From: Octopus sinensis
Lineage: Eukaryota
Assembly (NCBI RefSeq): GCF_006345805.1
Contig: NC_043015.1
Location: 37,076,001 to 37,140,000, forward strand
Direction of reading: 5' to 3'
Length of the DNA: 64,000 nt
Position 1 is the first letter of the stretch. The number at the start of each line of letters is the position of its first letter. Below the pieces are notes generated by a model, which searched no databases, was not told the origin of the DNA, and saw only the letters and a list, made by a program, of their open reading frames with translations. The position numbers and the translations under genes were made by a program. Below are positions 13,136-27,050 of the stretch, one piece after another.

Positions 13136-13591
13136 AGCTAAACGCCTTAAAGGTGAAAATAATTATCACACACACATACATGCACATACGCGCACACTGA
13201 GCGTGTGCATGTATGCTTGTATCTATCTTTTTATGTCTATTTCTTTCTATATGTGCGTGTGTGTGTGTCCGTATATGTTTGTTTACGTTTTGACTCCATT
13301 CGCGAATGGTATTAACGAATACCTATAATTATATTTTCTTATACAGAAAAACAAATTCTGCACAAAACAACGGCTAATATCAAATAATTTTCTGCGCCGA
13401 CGTTTTATTAAAGTTTTTGTTTTCATTAAATGTATTTTACGTAAAGACTCAGATCATCGCATACACACGTATGTAGGTATATATATATATATATTATATA
13501 TATATATATATACATTAAAAATATACACATATATGCATGCATACATACACTCATATACACACACATAAACACGCACACACACACACACACA

Positions 13592-13626
<35 letters not shown>

Positions 13627-14590
13627 ATATATATAAACACATATATATATGTACACACAAAAGAATACGTGTGTGTGTGTGTATGTGTGCGTGACCGTTT
13701 CTGTATCTATGTGTTTGTGTACACGTATCTATAAAAGCGCAAAAGAAAACAGCAAGCGAAAATAGCAATATCTTACAAATATTTCCTGGATATATCGATC
13801 AAAAATCGATAGTATCAGAAACGAAAGTCCAGCACTATTAAGAATCTCATAAACGTATTTATTCCAATAATTCACTGAAATAAAGAATACTCTAATAAAA
13901 TGTAAAAAAAAAAAGAAGAAAAAAAGACAGAAAAAGAAAACATTTTTATGTTTGTTTGTATTTTTTCCCTGAAAATAAACCATCTAGAAATTTTTAGTAT
14001 CCATTGATGAAATATATACATTCACGTCAACTAATGAAGTGTCTGTTACTGTGCCTGGCTAATCAGTTAGCTCTTCTTACTACGCCTTCCTTTCTTCCTT
14101 CTTTTCTTTCTCTCTTTCCATCTTTCTTTCCTTCGTTCTTTCTTTTTTATGTCTCTATTTGAACGACCTCAACCATACCCACCACACACAAAAATAATAC
14201 ACAAACGACACTTATACATACACATATATATCGTGTGTATGTATGTATAGATATGTATGTATGGAAGTATGTATGTACGTATATATGAATCAAGGTATAT
14301 ATATATGTATATATATATATACATATATATATATACATATATACATATATATATACATATAAATATATATATGCACATATATATAAACATTCGTATATAA
14401 GTATACATGTCAATGCACACACAAATATCCACATATGTCTCTATGTGTACTTGTACATATGTATATATACACATATATGTGTGATATATATCTGTGTGTT
14501 TTTGAATGTCCAACAATAGTGTACATAAACATCCGCACACCGTCAAATACATGTACACTTATATATACATTTACATTCATGCACACACAT

Positions 14591-14626
<36 letters not shown>

Positions 14627-14892
14627 GTACACATACATATATATATATGTACACATACATATATAAATATACATATATACATATAAATATATATATACAT
14701 GTGTGTATATATATATATGTATATATACACACATACACACACATACACACCTCACACACACACACACACATATATATATATTGGTTGGACGGCTGTGTAT
14801 AGGTGTGCTCTTGTATATAAGCAACTAGAGTTGAACATCCAGGTAAAATACTGATAAGTACAATGTGTGTGTGAGTGTGTGTATGTATGTGA

Positions 14893-14938
<46 letters not shown>

Positions 14939-15339
14939 TGTATTTGTGTGTGTGTGCTTCATATGATTCATCAACCATCGATGTATTGTCTGCAAATCCT
15001 AAAATATTATTGATTTCGTATTTATGGGTAAACATCGTTTATTTCCATTGGGCAGCAAAGTTTGTGAATCGAAGTTATTTTGTGCTGACTCTTGTAGCAA
15101 ATTAGTCCGGGTTGGATTTTAAATGGTTCTTTTTCCACTATGACAAACAGCAAATCTTGAATGGAGATTCATTTAATCGCGAAAAAAAGTCAAACTCCTA
15201 AATAGTCCATCGGAACGTCAGAAAAAAACCGCAGCCAAAATTCCTCAAATCATAATATTCTGGCAAGACACTACATGAATGCAATGTCAACTTTGGCAGA
15301 ATTTGATATCGGGATGTTAAAATCTGGAAATAATAATAA

Positions 15340-15492
15340 TCCAAGAAAGATTCCTGACACACACATGTTGTTGTTATGCATGTACCTGGTGTACCCTCAT
15401 CAGACGGGTTGTCCTGATGAGTATACCAGGCTTCGTATATTTGTACCCCAGTGTCAATTTGATGGTATGCACTGCTGTCTCATTCAATGATC

Positions 15493-15500
<8 letters not shown>
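15340..15500 (+). repeat. 3' part of a non-coding TAA-tailed interspersed repeat (homolog of 24362-24858)
   Basis: CATCAGACGGGTTGTCCTGATGAGTATACCAGGCTTCGTATATTTGTACCCCAGTGTCAATTTGATGGTATGCACTGC then (TAA)n; matches the minus strand of 24362-24470. Confidence 0.75.
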
Positions 15501-15523
<23 letters not shown>

Positions 15524-16868
15524 CGATGATGATGACACGCTGCTGCTGATTCTGCTACTACTACTCTAAGTACAGCTACGACGACGACGAAAAGAGCCCC
15601 CGCATCAAAAGCAAGTGTAAAGAGCGATTTCGATGTCGTAAATAGACATGAGATCATTAAGTTTACGTTATTTCCTCCGGACTCTTATCTGAAATTCGGG
15701 ATATTATTAGTAAACGTATCTCATTACATCACCCCGGGACTAAGGATCGATTCCAATTTACCCCTCAAAGACATTTATTTCTTTTTAAGCATGCACCATC
15801 CACCCAACCGAACCTTATACATTTTATATAATAAGGCATCCTTACTACTTCCTACTTCTAAATGTGATATAATGGGGGGGGGGTGAGATTATGGTATAAG
15901 TTCCTGAGTCTTAGTTTTAGATGCCCTAACCTCTTCTGGAGCACCGGACAACGGGAGAGCTTCTTTCCAGTACGGCTATAACGTCCCCAATTAGTTCGTG
16001 TTGTGTGCAGGTCCCTCATCACCCAACACACTATGAGGAACGGGTGGAACAGAGAAATTAATGATAACTGCTCTGTAGCCATTTCAGAGAGGCTTGGATA
16101 GTCAGGAATGTATTAACATACAACGCACATACGTAACTTAACCAACCACTAATGAATTTAAACCCTGACAAGTTTAAGGGCAAGAAAGTTTAGGCGAGCT
16201 AACCTGATTGGTGCATTAGTTTTCCATAAACCTTGTTGCAAAGTAATATTGTTAACGTAACGTTATTCTCTTTCATTTACAATAAAGATATTTCATTTAA
16301 TGGCCATCGTATTATAGCTGTGTATCTGCTTTTCTGTTGAACTGCCGCTAATTTAACTTTGGCCAAATTTCTCTTGAATCTCATTATATTTCCTGTACAA
16401 ACTTTTCGACTTTTAAATTCTATACAAGTTTCTCTATTAATCCCAAATGCTTACAATTGCTAATTCAATAACTATAAAGTTTTGGCAGTCGTAATTCAAT
16501 TAATATCATATTATCGTCTCAGAGCTTGTAGCAAACATTCTAATGAACTCGTATTTCTATTTTAAAAACATTAACGCGATTGAATTAAAGAGAGGCTTGG
16601 GTAGTAGTACTTCACACACTTAAAATGCCACCCGGCTTTTAAAATCTTGTAGAATATTTATCGCTTTAGGACACGTTTGCTTATTATTTGGTATGACCGT
16701 GTTTGTATTGACTAATTAAAGAATTAGCATCGACCTCTCAAATTCGTGTATTGCGCCAGAGGTCAGCGCATTTAAATAGAGAGAAAGTGAGAGGAATAGG
16801 AAAAGAGAAAGAGTAAGACAAGATTGACAGAGAGAAGAAACAAGAAACACCAAGAAAGTTACGAGTGA

Positions 16869-16905
<37 letters not shown>

Positions 16906-16948
16906 TGGAGAGATATAGACAGAGAGAGGGAAATAGATAGAGAGAGAG

Positions 16949-16993
<45 letters not shown>

Positions 16994-17496
16994 AGAAGTG
17001 GAGGAACTCAATTTATAGACAGAGAACAATAAATAGAAGCGATGGAGACAGATTGAGACTGATAATGGACGATGGCGATGGTGTCTCGGTTGAGTATGGA
17101 TGTCATACATTTCTCCTTCGGAATTTCATTTGAGTCGTTTTGAGTACGATTAAGAAATATTTAATTCGCTATATTCTTTGTTTAGAGTCAAATTCGTTTA
17201 TTATTTGGCGAGGATAGAATCAATATTTATGTATTTACTGTTTGCTTGTATATTTGTCTATTTGCTTACTTAATTAATTGATTGAATCATTAGTAGGTAG
17301 CTGGCTGACTGGCTGGCTGGGTGGCTGGTTGATTCGTTGGTTGGTTCGTTGATTGATGTCTTTGGAGTAAACTAAATATGGCGTTGTTGTTCTGTTCGTC
17401 GGAATCCTTCCACCCAGGACAGTCCATGATGCAAGAGATTCATAAGGCAAATTAAAAAATCTCAAGGCCGTGTCAAGTCAATCTTCTCATCAGACA

Positions 17497-17882
17497 GGCG
17501 TTGTTGTGTGGTAAGAAGATTGATTCCCAGCGGCACGGTTCCAGGTTCAGTTCCACTTCCACTGCGTGGCACCTTGGGTAATTATATCCAAGTCTAGACT
17601 CGTGCCGACCACATCACTGTGAGTGGATTTGGTAGACGAACAATGAAAAGAAGCCTGTCGTATGCGTGTAAGCGTTTGTCTCCCATCACCGCTTGGAGAC
17701 CGGTGTTAGTGTGTTTAGATCCCTGTAAATTAGCTGTTTGGAAAAACAATGATAGATTAAGTTCGAGAAATCAAAACAATTGTAATGGAGTCGATTCATT
17801 CTACTAAACATTCTTCTAAGTGGTGCCCCACCATGGCCGCAGTCTAATGACTGACACATGTAAACATAAAAGTAAAAGATAA
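17497..17882 (+). mobile_element. tRNA-derived SINE family 3, full length, with a CR1-like 3' tail
   Basis: Head GGCGTTGTTGTGTGGTAAGAAG..GGTTCAGTTCC (A/B-box-like), body GTGAGTGGATTTGGTAGACG, tail GTGGTGCCCCACCATGGCCGCAGTC..AAAAGATAA. Confidence 0.75.
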
Positions 17883-18054
17883 GGCTACATTATATGACTG
17901 CTTAAAATTGTTGTTGCTGTAGTTATTGCTCTTGATAAGTCCTCAAAGCACAAAGGTTTGGTTAGCAACATCGTGGACGAGGCAGCTGATTGATTCTTCC
18001 AAAGATCGCACTGGATTCAGATCATTAGAAGAGGATGTAATTCGCATTGCTGCT

Positions 18055-18215
18055 GGCACAAGGGTGATTATGTGGTGATAAGTTCGTTTCCCAAACGCAT
18101 GCTTCTGATTTCAGTCCTACCGTGGGACACAAGATGTAGTATAGCCCCAGCCGACCAATGGCTTGTGAGTGAATTTTATAGATGGTAACTGAAAGGAAGT
18201 TCGACGTTACATATA
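18055..18215 (+). mobile_element. SINE family 3 head, degenerate
   Basis: TATGTGGTGATAAG..TTCAGTCC..TATAGCCCCAGCCGACCAATGGCTTGTGAGTGAATTTTATAGATGG matches the 17497 copy. Confidence 0.6.
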
Positions 18216-18228
18216 TATGCATATGTAT

Positions 18229-18761
18229 GTTAGTTAGTTAGTTAGTTAATTTGGCTCAAAAGCAAATAGCAAGGCCATGTAGGGGGGACATGGAGTTAAG
18301 TACAGGGTGGTGTCATGTAAAGAGTCAGGCCACTTGAGGTCCAGGGGGCTTGAACAAAGCGGTCGTCGGCATCTTCACCATCTCGTCTGGCAGCTTGTTC
18401 CACGGATCCGCAACCCGGACGGAGAAAGCTCCTCTCCTTCAATTGAGATGAATCGTCGCAGGTAGAGCTTTTCGGAATGACCCCGCAGCCGACGCTCTGG
18501 AGCAGGAGTGAAGAACAGCTCTTTCGAGAGGTTACACTTTCCGCTTATGATGTTGTGGGCGAGAATGAGATCACCACGGCGGCGGCGTTTTTCAAGAGAA
18601 TAAAGGTCGAGCGTCCTCAGCCTTTCTTCATAGGACAAATTTTTGAAACCATGAACCATGCGGGTAGCCAGCTTCTGGACTCTTTCGAGATGCTGTATGT
18701 CTTTGAGGAGATAAGAAGAGGCTTGAATCCCGTACACCAATATGGGTCTCACCAGCGTGAC
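18229..18761 (-). mobile_element. CR1-type LINE, 5'-truncated RT C-terminus, 3' UTR and (CTAA)n tail
   Basis: [56 protein letters not shown], then after a frameshift AFSVRVADPWNKLP; ends in GAGCCAAATT(AACT)n. Confidence 0.9.
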
Positions 18762-18811
18762 ATGTATATGCATGTGTGCACGTCCTTTGTGTGTGTGTGT
18801 GTGCATGCATT

Positions 18812-18845
<34 letters not shown>

Positions 18846-18852
18846 ATACATG

Positions 18853-18905
<53 letters not shown>

Positions 18906-21739
18906 CGTGTGTGTGTATTTATGTGTGTGTGTGTATGTGTTTACTCGCACACACACACACACACACACTGAGTGAAATCATTCCCAATGAATCGTATAGC
19001 AAGTAATAATTCGAAGAGTAAAGATATAATAAAAGCCACAAAAGGACTTGTGAAATAAAACTGCCGGAAGGTTACTGGCAGAAATATTAATTTACTTCAC
19101 CATTTATCCATCTAGTAATATCGACCAGACCGTTTACTAACTGTGCTCGCGGCAATCGACGTTTGAGTGACCACACTTATTTAGGAAAATACTTGAGACA
19201 CCTCGCGAAGAGATGTGTAACCACAATGTCCCCATTAGTCTGGAAACGTAAGAACGAGAACGACAGCTACAATATCAAGTGGAAGAGCCTTTCTAAGATT
19301 TTCTATATGATCGTTTGAAAAACTATCTTTAAAAATATTTTAAGGACATCCAGCCACTAAGTAAATACTAAGAGCGAATTAACTTCATATCCGCATCATA
19401 CAAAATACATCTTTGCGGAAATTATGTACAAACTACCGTACACAATATAATGTATTCTAGTGTTGGTTTGTAAGTTTTAATATTCAGGAGAGACTGCTTA
19501 TATAAACTGTGAAGTTAATGATTTCTTCTGCAATTGTTTCTGTTGTTCTCTAAATGTGGGTGTCCATTCAAACGTCGATTGCATCGAACGCAGCCACTGG
19601 ATGGTTTCGTTGATCCGAAGGAAGAGAAGTCCGTATGTGATGCTGGAACCGAATGGAGATTGCATGAAGAAAGGAACAGACTCCCTTCTCATCAACCGCT
19701 TACGGCCGTCGTCCATGGCCACTTCTAGTGCCCTCAGTGCCATAGTGTCCGTCTATTTCATTTGGTCATGTCAGCCACTTCCATTTTGAGATGGTCACTT
19801 AATACTGTTGGTTAAATAAGCATTAACATTTAAGTGCTAACGTTATTTTTTTCTCTTTTCCTTCGATGATTTCTACCGAAGTGCTCAAAGTCGAACGGCT
19901 TTGAAAATGAGTTTAGATTATACATGGCATGCTGCGGCAATTCAAAAAGAACTCTTCGGCAAAATAAGCTGCGAGAGATATTCTTTCTGGTACAATTTAC
20001 GGAATATTCCAGATCTTCTTCTTTTGAGATGCCATGGCTCCACATATACATTCGATATCGTGTCTCCCAGTTTTACACACAGTCTAACACATTGACACAC
20101 ACACACATACATGCACACATCCCCACACATACACAATCAAAAATGAAGGGTGCATTCTCGTGTACAAAGCTGACAGACACAGTCTGTCCCCGCTCACACT
20201 CATATTTACCCAAATACACAATCCGGATCACAAAACTTAGAAAGGTGTCGCTGTTTGATAATTTGTGACTGCTTTGAAGTAGGCAGAGTAAAAACTTTTA
20301 ATAAGTTCCAGAACAATCAGATACGTGTACACATACACATATAAATATATGCACACACGTGTGTGTGTGGTTATGTGTCTCTGTGTATGTGTGTCCACGC
20401 ATGCACACGCATGCATATAACTATATCTATAAATATGCGCGCATGCGTCTGCACAGACATAGAATCTTGTATACGTACAAATAAACATAAGTGTTTGGTA
20501 CGCATCGACTAAGATCTTGTTCTCACTTCTCCCCTTACTACTACTCCTTTCTCTCTCTCTTTCTTTCTTTTTCTCCACCTCCTCCTCCTCCTCTCTATCT
20601 TTCTCTCTCTCCCATTTGCTCGCTCTTCCCCTAATGTTTAATTGTTTTCTCAAATATTATGGTCGATAATTAGTTAACACGTTCGGACCATGATTGCCAA
20701 TCCAATATATCTAACGTCTCTGCCCACTGTTTAACACCTATCCAAAATTCTGGACTTGCTTATCATTATCGATTTCCCATCCAGCTTTCAGATCGTATAT
20801 TCACCTATATTTACACGATAAATAATCGATTACCTATAATCAACAGTTGCTGGAATTTGAGACAAATTAACGATTCTCTTTCAATACAATTTGTGACAAC
20901 AGCTAAATAGGTAAGCAAATAGTCAATACACTAATCTAAACATACCTGTGGATATACTGTGTGTATGTATATAGTGCGTATATGTATGCATATGTGCATA
21001 AGAAGTGTGTATAATAAATGTGTTTACTTGGCAATTACACACATACATGAAACATGATAATATATTAAGAGAAAAACACAGCATGCCGCAAAGCATCCAC
21101 TCTGCCTATTATTGTTGGTAAAAGTTTCGGTCGTGAACGGAAAGTTTCCCTGATTTAGGCCATAATGGTAACTGGAACATCTTGTACGACGTTAGCGACA
21201 TGGAGGAAACGAGAAACCTTGCCAAACCTCAATAGCAGCAGTGTGCATCGGAAAAGTCTACAGGAGTTATTCTGCTGCAATGTGTATATCCATACACGTG
21301 TATGTGTGTGAGTCGGAAAATGGAATACATGAGAATATTTACTGCCCGCAACGACCGTGTTGACCCATCCTGTACCGATTCCTCGCGGTTGGGATACGCC
21401 AAAATAATAACAATTACCAGTGTTTTTAGTGCGACACCATGACTAGATGCATCATCGATCGGGACGTGGGGAGATTCTAACCAGTTCCTTTCATTATTAT
21501 TAATATCCTCACTGATATTATTTTCAATTTTTTATTCTTTGTTATTGTTAATATTTCCTCTGATCCGACATGAGTTTTCGCTATTATTATTATCATCATT
21601 ATTACCACCAACACCATTATTACCAACACTTTTATTAATTCCATTCATTATTAAAAGGTGTTATTGAATGTTGTCTATTATTATTAGTTTTTAAATTATT
21701 ATTGATTAATTAATGTATTTTTACTGTTGTTATTATTAT

Positions 21740-23820
21740 ATGTTAGACTTTAGCTTTGTATTTGTAGAATTTTACCCCATGTCTCACCCAGAGACCTCAA
21801 GACACAACAGGTTAGAAGTTCGAGTTGGTTTTCTGACTAGGGTGCCACATACTTGGTTTTCCATAAAGAATTGTTCCAGACAATGCTTAAGAAAATATAA
21901 AAAAATTTGAGATTATATAGACAGAATTTTACGTACATTATGGGCAGTTCCCTTGAGCAGTATCTTTTTGATTTTCTGTCATTTTTTGGATTTCCTGGTA
22001 TCTTAGCTAGGTAGCAATCAGCCCTTTTGCTCTCATTCGTAAGGCACCTAATACAACAGGTATTGCTTTATTCTTGAGGTTCCACATTTTGCTAATTTCT
22101 ATTTCATGGTCTTTATACTTGATTAGCTCTTAGTTGCTCTTGACAGATACATTTATGTCGATTGGAACAGTCATATCGGTGAGGAGATATGATATTTGTT
22201 TGATGTCCTTCAATATAATGTCTGGCTTATTCGCATCTATCTTTCTGTCAGTTTGAACGATGACGTTCTAGAGGATTGCATTGTGATCATTCATTTTGAA
22301 GCACTGTGTCCCCACCAGTTCTTATCATGGAGCAGATCCAGGTCTTCGCAAATCAGCCAATGAATATATTATGTGGCATCACACGGAAAAGTCGTTTTTG
22401 AAAGGCAACAATGAAATGTTCCAGAAGTGTTAGAGAACTGATTAACTTAATCAAAGTATGATCCATGTTAATTTATGACGTTTACCCATCGTTTCTCTAT
22501 GTCATATATTCCATCATTAAAAAGAAAAAGAATTCATCTTTTGCTGTGATAAACTCTCTGAATGCTTCAATTACCTCTTCTCTATTTAAGAATGTTTTAT
22601 TGCTTATAAAATGATCAAAATGCTTACAAATAAGGGATGATCAGTAAGAGAGATATCACGGGGAACAGGAAGGATGTTGGAAAATCTCATAATTCAGGTT
22701 TTGCAACTTTTGGACCGTAACTTGTGGAGTGTGAGAATGTGCATTGTTGTGGAGCAAAATTTGGCCATCTCTATTCACTACTCTGGATTGCTTCTGTTTC
22801 AAATTCCCATGGAATACAATCAATTTCCTGGCAATACGATGTTGTTGTTCCCGTTCTCCCTAGTAAAAATGAATAATGTATAACCCCCTTCGCAGACCAC
22901 CATACAGTGACCACTAATTTTTTAGGGTGCTATGGTGGGTTTGCGTAATGTGTAAGTGACTCTCCTGCATCTAATCACTGTCTTGTACTCCTGCTGTTGT
23001 CAAAGAGTATCCATTTCTCTCACAAGTAATGATTTAATGCAAAAATGAACTTTTCCAGTCGAGAAAGCAATAAGGAGCACACTTCCAGGCGTCTGTGTTT
23101 TTTTCATCTCGTTCGGTTGACTTTTCCAACATTTTATAGGTGTCCAAAAATAGTTGTGTGAGATATTTGGAATTCTAATGTAAGTTTCCGGATTTTTGTT
23201 CTCTGATTTTGTTTAACGAAAGCATTTAATCCATCATGTCGAATAAATGATTTTGGCCTTCACCTTGGTTTATTTTCAAGGCTATCATCTCCTGAAGGAG
23301 ACCTTTGGAACTATCTCTGAACAGTTCTGAGGTCAAATAAATCATTACCAAAGGCCCGCTTGATATTCCGTACAGCTTCTGCAGCAGAGTGACCCAGTTT
23401 GTACTCATATAAGAAAATAACTGAAAATAGTTCGGTTGTTATCATTTTCATAAGGTCTGTGGGTACGAAGTTTGTATACCAATATTGTCGGGAAGGAAAG
23501 AGAGGCAATATTAAATGCAAGGTGTATATAATTGAGTTTTTAAATGAGCGAAATAATTAAAAATGCAACATTTTATGTGAAACATCCTAATACTACGCTG
23601 CTCTATCATGCCTGTTGAGATACTCTGTAGGCGCAAGAAGACTGCACATGGAGACAAGATGTTCAGACATGTTGGGCTAATGCCATTCTTTAATATCTTG
23701 GACCGGTAACTCGTTGTGGGTAGATATTGATATTGGGGTGCTCTGATAAACCCTTCTATCTCCGATATTAAACCAGAAGATGTTAACCATTGATGGGTTA
23801 GGGCTTTGTTAACATCGAGA
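21740..23820 (-). mobile_element. R4/Dong-like LINE fragment (zinc knuckle, RLE, 3' UTR) split by a mariner insertion
   Basis: 23593-23820 matches 35-290 at nucleotide level. 21915-22366 reads IHWLICEDLDLLHDKNWW..QTDRKIDANKPDIILKD..DMTVP..KYKDHEIEISKMWNLK..IPVVLGAL. TAA-rich sequence flanks both ends. Confidence 0.85.
22369..23590 (-). mobile_element. Mariner transposon, near full length (1222 bp), with pseudogenised transposase
   Basis: IFLYEYKLGHSAAEAVRNIKRAFGNDLFDLRTVQR, KWILFDN, VVTVWWS, ILLHNNAHSH, FQHPSCSRDIS and HGSYFD* are mariner motifs. TA duplication at 22367-68 and 23591-92. Degenerate TIRs TTATGTGGCATCACA / TTAGGATGTTTCACA. Confidence 0.88.
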
Positions 23821-24361
23821 TTATTATTTTTGTTATTGTTTTTGCTTTTGTTGTTGTTGTTGTTGTGTTACTATTATTGTTATCATCGGTATTATTATTT
23901 TAATTTTATCCATTTTACATTAGTGCAAAGATGGATAAGATGGAGGAAGAGGAGAAAGAAAAAGAAGAAGAGGAAGATGAAGAAAGAAAAGGAGATGATG
24001 AAGAAGAAGAATTAGAAGAAGAGGAAGAAGAGCAACAAGAACAATAACAATAACAACAACAGCAAGAGGAAGGAGAGGACGACGACAAAAACGAAGACGA
24101 CTAAAACGACGACCACGACCACGACGAGGATGATGATGATGATGATGATGATGTGTAATGAAATGGAAGATGACGATGAGGTGGAGAGGTGATAGTGTTC
24201 AAATGCTATTAGAAGTGATATGAAATGAATTTAATTTCGACAAATATATTCCCGAAATATCAGGTATAAGTGACACGCACGTATACATACATGAAATTCG
24301 TTATATTTATTATTACTACTACTATTACTGTTATTATTGTTATTATTATTATTATTATTAT

Positions 24362-24857
24362 TTGAGAGCATTCATGCCATCAAAGTGACACTGGGGTAAA
24401 ATATACGAAGCCAATATACCCATCATGACTACCCGTCTGATAAAGGTACCCAGGCACATGCATCACAACCATATGTGCGCGACATGGTGATCTTATATCA
24501 AGATAAACCACCTGACCTTGCAGGTGGGGCCCAGTTAGAATTTTCTTCAGGTTGAGTAGCCCATCCCGCTCAAACGGTCCCGAATAAGGGTTGTTTAAGG
24601 ATGTTGAAAGAACCACCCATGTTTCCAGAGGTGAACTATTCAAACCCCAAAGAATCCCTCTCAACACATGGCTATGATGCTCCCCCACTACTTCTGCTCG
24701 TGATCAGAGATGCACATATCGTCAGCCACTAAGGGACATGCTCAACTGGTTAAGGTCAAACAACTGACAAGCAAATCTGTGGTATTGAGCAGAATATTTG
24801 CTGTAGCCCATCTTTTATACCAAGACAAAACAATGTACATGATAACACTTCCAATCA

Positions 24858-24858
<1 letters not shown>
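24362..24858 (-). repeat. ~500-bp non-coding interspersed repeat with (TAA)n on both sides
   Basis: No recognisable protein. The 3' end (minus) CAGTGTCACTTTGATGGCATGAATGCTCTC-(AAT)n is homologous to 15340-15500. Internal hairpin CCACCTG-accttg-CAGGTGG. Confidence 0.7.
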
Positions 24859-24926
<68 letters not shown>

Positions 24927-25110
24927 ATCTTATTATTATCATTATTGGTATTATTATTATTAATTATTATCGAGACTTAGTAGTTACTATTTGTGGTTAG
25001 AGTACATCCTTAAAAGTCTCATGATGTAAGATATATCTGAAAAATAATAATTAGGTGATTAGACAGAATATATTTGCCATAGGCAGAGTGTTTTCAGTCT
25101 TCTGTTTGTG

Positions 25111-25145
<35 letters not shown>

Positions 25146-25350
25146 CTTACTAAATTACATACATTAGAGATAACAATATATATATACGAGTGTATGAATG
25201 TGTGTAAGTGCGTGTGTGTGTGATTGCGATTTTGTCTCTGTTCGTGTGCTTACATAAAATATATATCTACTTATTCACAAACGGACATAATGTATGTATG
25301 TATCATATATGTGTATATTTACACATACATATGCACAGACATATATTTTT

Positions 25351-25381
<31 letters not shown>

Positions 25382-25445
25382 CATACACACATATAAATAT
25401 ATACATACATATATATGTGTATATATATATATATACATATATATG

Positions 25446-25486
<41 letters not shown>

Positions 25487-26744
25487 TGATTTAAACATAC
25501 CTTGATTGCAAAGGAAGCCTTGTTCTTTGAACTTAAAGGAGACATTTTCGTGTCGTGTGTGTGTAATTAGAGACTATATTAGAGCCAAATCAACGACTAT
25601 ATATTTCAGTTAATTTATATGTAAGCACTTAACTTTGATCCTTATATATATTTAATATATACTCTCCAGTAATACCATAGTATCAAAAGAAATAACCTAT
25701 TTTTTTTAAATCTTTTTCGTGATAAAATTGAAGTAATTACTTTCGAAATATCTTGAAGTATGTTTAAATATTCTCGGTGAATCTACCTGAAATATAATGT
25801 AGCACTATCACAGGTAATGAACTTAAACCGCTTAGGAATATTTTTGCTGCCCAGTCGTGAATGTATGGCACATCTCTAATTTAGTTTTCTTCTATTCTTG
25901 TATATAAGTCTTAATGAATTTCCTACCTGTTTGATTGAAATTCTTCGAACTTCTAGCATATCTGAAGTAACTTTTACCAAACTTTATTCTATAACCCATC
26001 TGTTATTGTAGAATGAGTTAAAAGTGATCGCCAAAATACCATCTCTGTCAAAAGACATAGCGACTGATTTGATTTGATGTGGCTTATTTCACAAACTTCA
26101 AACGGTGTTTCAATTCTAGACCTTGTTTTCACTCTACCTGGAAATACAAAGCAAAACTGAAGAATAATAAATAAAATATATCAGAATATCGGAATCAAAT
26201 ACTGCTTTTTCTGGTGTTTAAAAACAGCAAATGAAGGACCCCTCAAATCAAATTCTAGAATCTTAGAAATATGTAGAACATATTTGATGTTAGAAATACG
26301 TGATTGGAAAGAACATAGGAGGGTGATCGTGGTTGGAATATCTTTCATCATGGACCTACACAAATACAACACTACTTGTTGTTGTATTTCAGCCAGGTAT
26401 AGTTCAATAGTGATCGATACAGTTCAATAGAGGAGAAGTAAGAGTGTTCCTCACCATAACTGACTTCTAATTTCTCCTTTGGAAGCACCAACTTAATGTT
26501 TAAGAAACGCGCTGCCTATTTTGTGACGATTGTGTGACCTTCGAATATATAAATAACATGAAGCCATACCGTTTGTTACTTCTGATATTTTATCGTTACT
26601 CATAGAGAACACTTTACAATACCAAAATCATTTATCCACATATATATTTCTATATGCAGATATACATACGTACATACGTACATACGTACATACATATATA
26701 GATAGATACATACATACACATATATATATATATATACATATACA

Positions 26745-27050
26745 CTAATATAGTTTGCATTTATTTGATCCACTACCATCAGGTGTCGATTTTTTGATTA
26801 TTTTCCACTTAATCGTATCTGGCGTTGCCTTAGATTTCAACCTTCATACGTGGCTAGGTATTTAGTAGATTTGTTTTGTCCTTTTCCAATTCCCCTTCAC
26901 ATAGTTCAATATAGGTTGTTTTATCGGTTGTTTTATCATCCAGCGTTGCAGTAACGTCTGCCTCATATACAACAGATTTAATCACAAAGCGTTAGTCAAG
27001 TGGACAGGACACTAGATCTCGACAGTTACAACTGGAGTAAAGCTCTTGGT
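26745..27050 (-). mobile_element. Penelope-like element GIY-YIG endonuclease fragment (pseudogene)
   Basis: CNCRDLVSCPLD*RFVIKSVVYEADV...TYIELCEGELEK...KWKIIKKSTPDGSGSNKCKL matches the PLE pattern CNC..CPL..VVY..YIG..KWKII..C.LC. Confidence 0.8.

Noticed and set aside
15405-15450. CTGATGA motifs on both strands of the TAA-tailed repeat
   Set aside because: No GAAA follows stem II, and the paralog reads CTGATAA.
15990-16110. Possible exon after GTGTTGTGTGCAG
   Set aside because: The frames are short, I recognise no product and there is no clear donor site.
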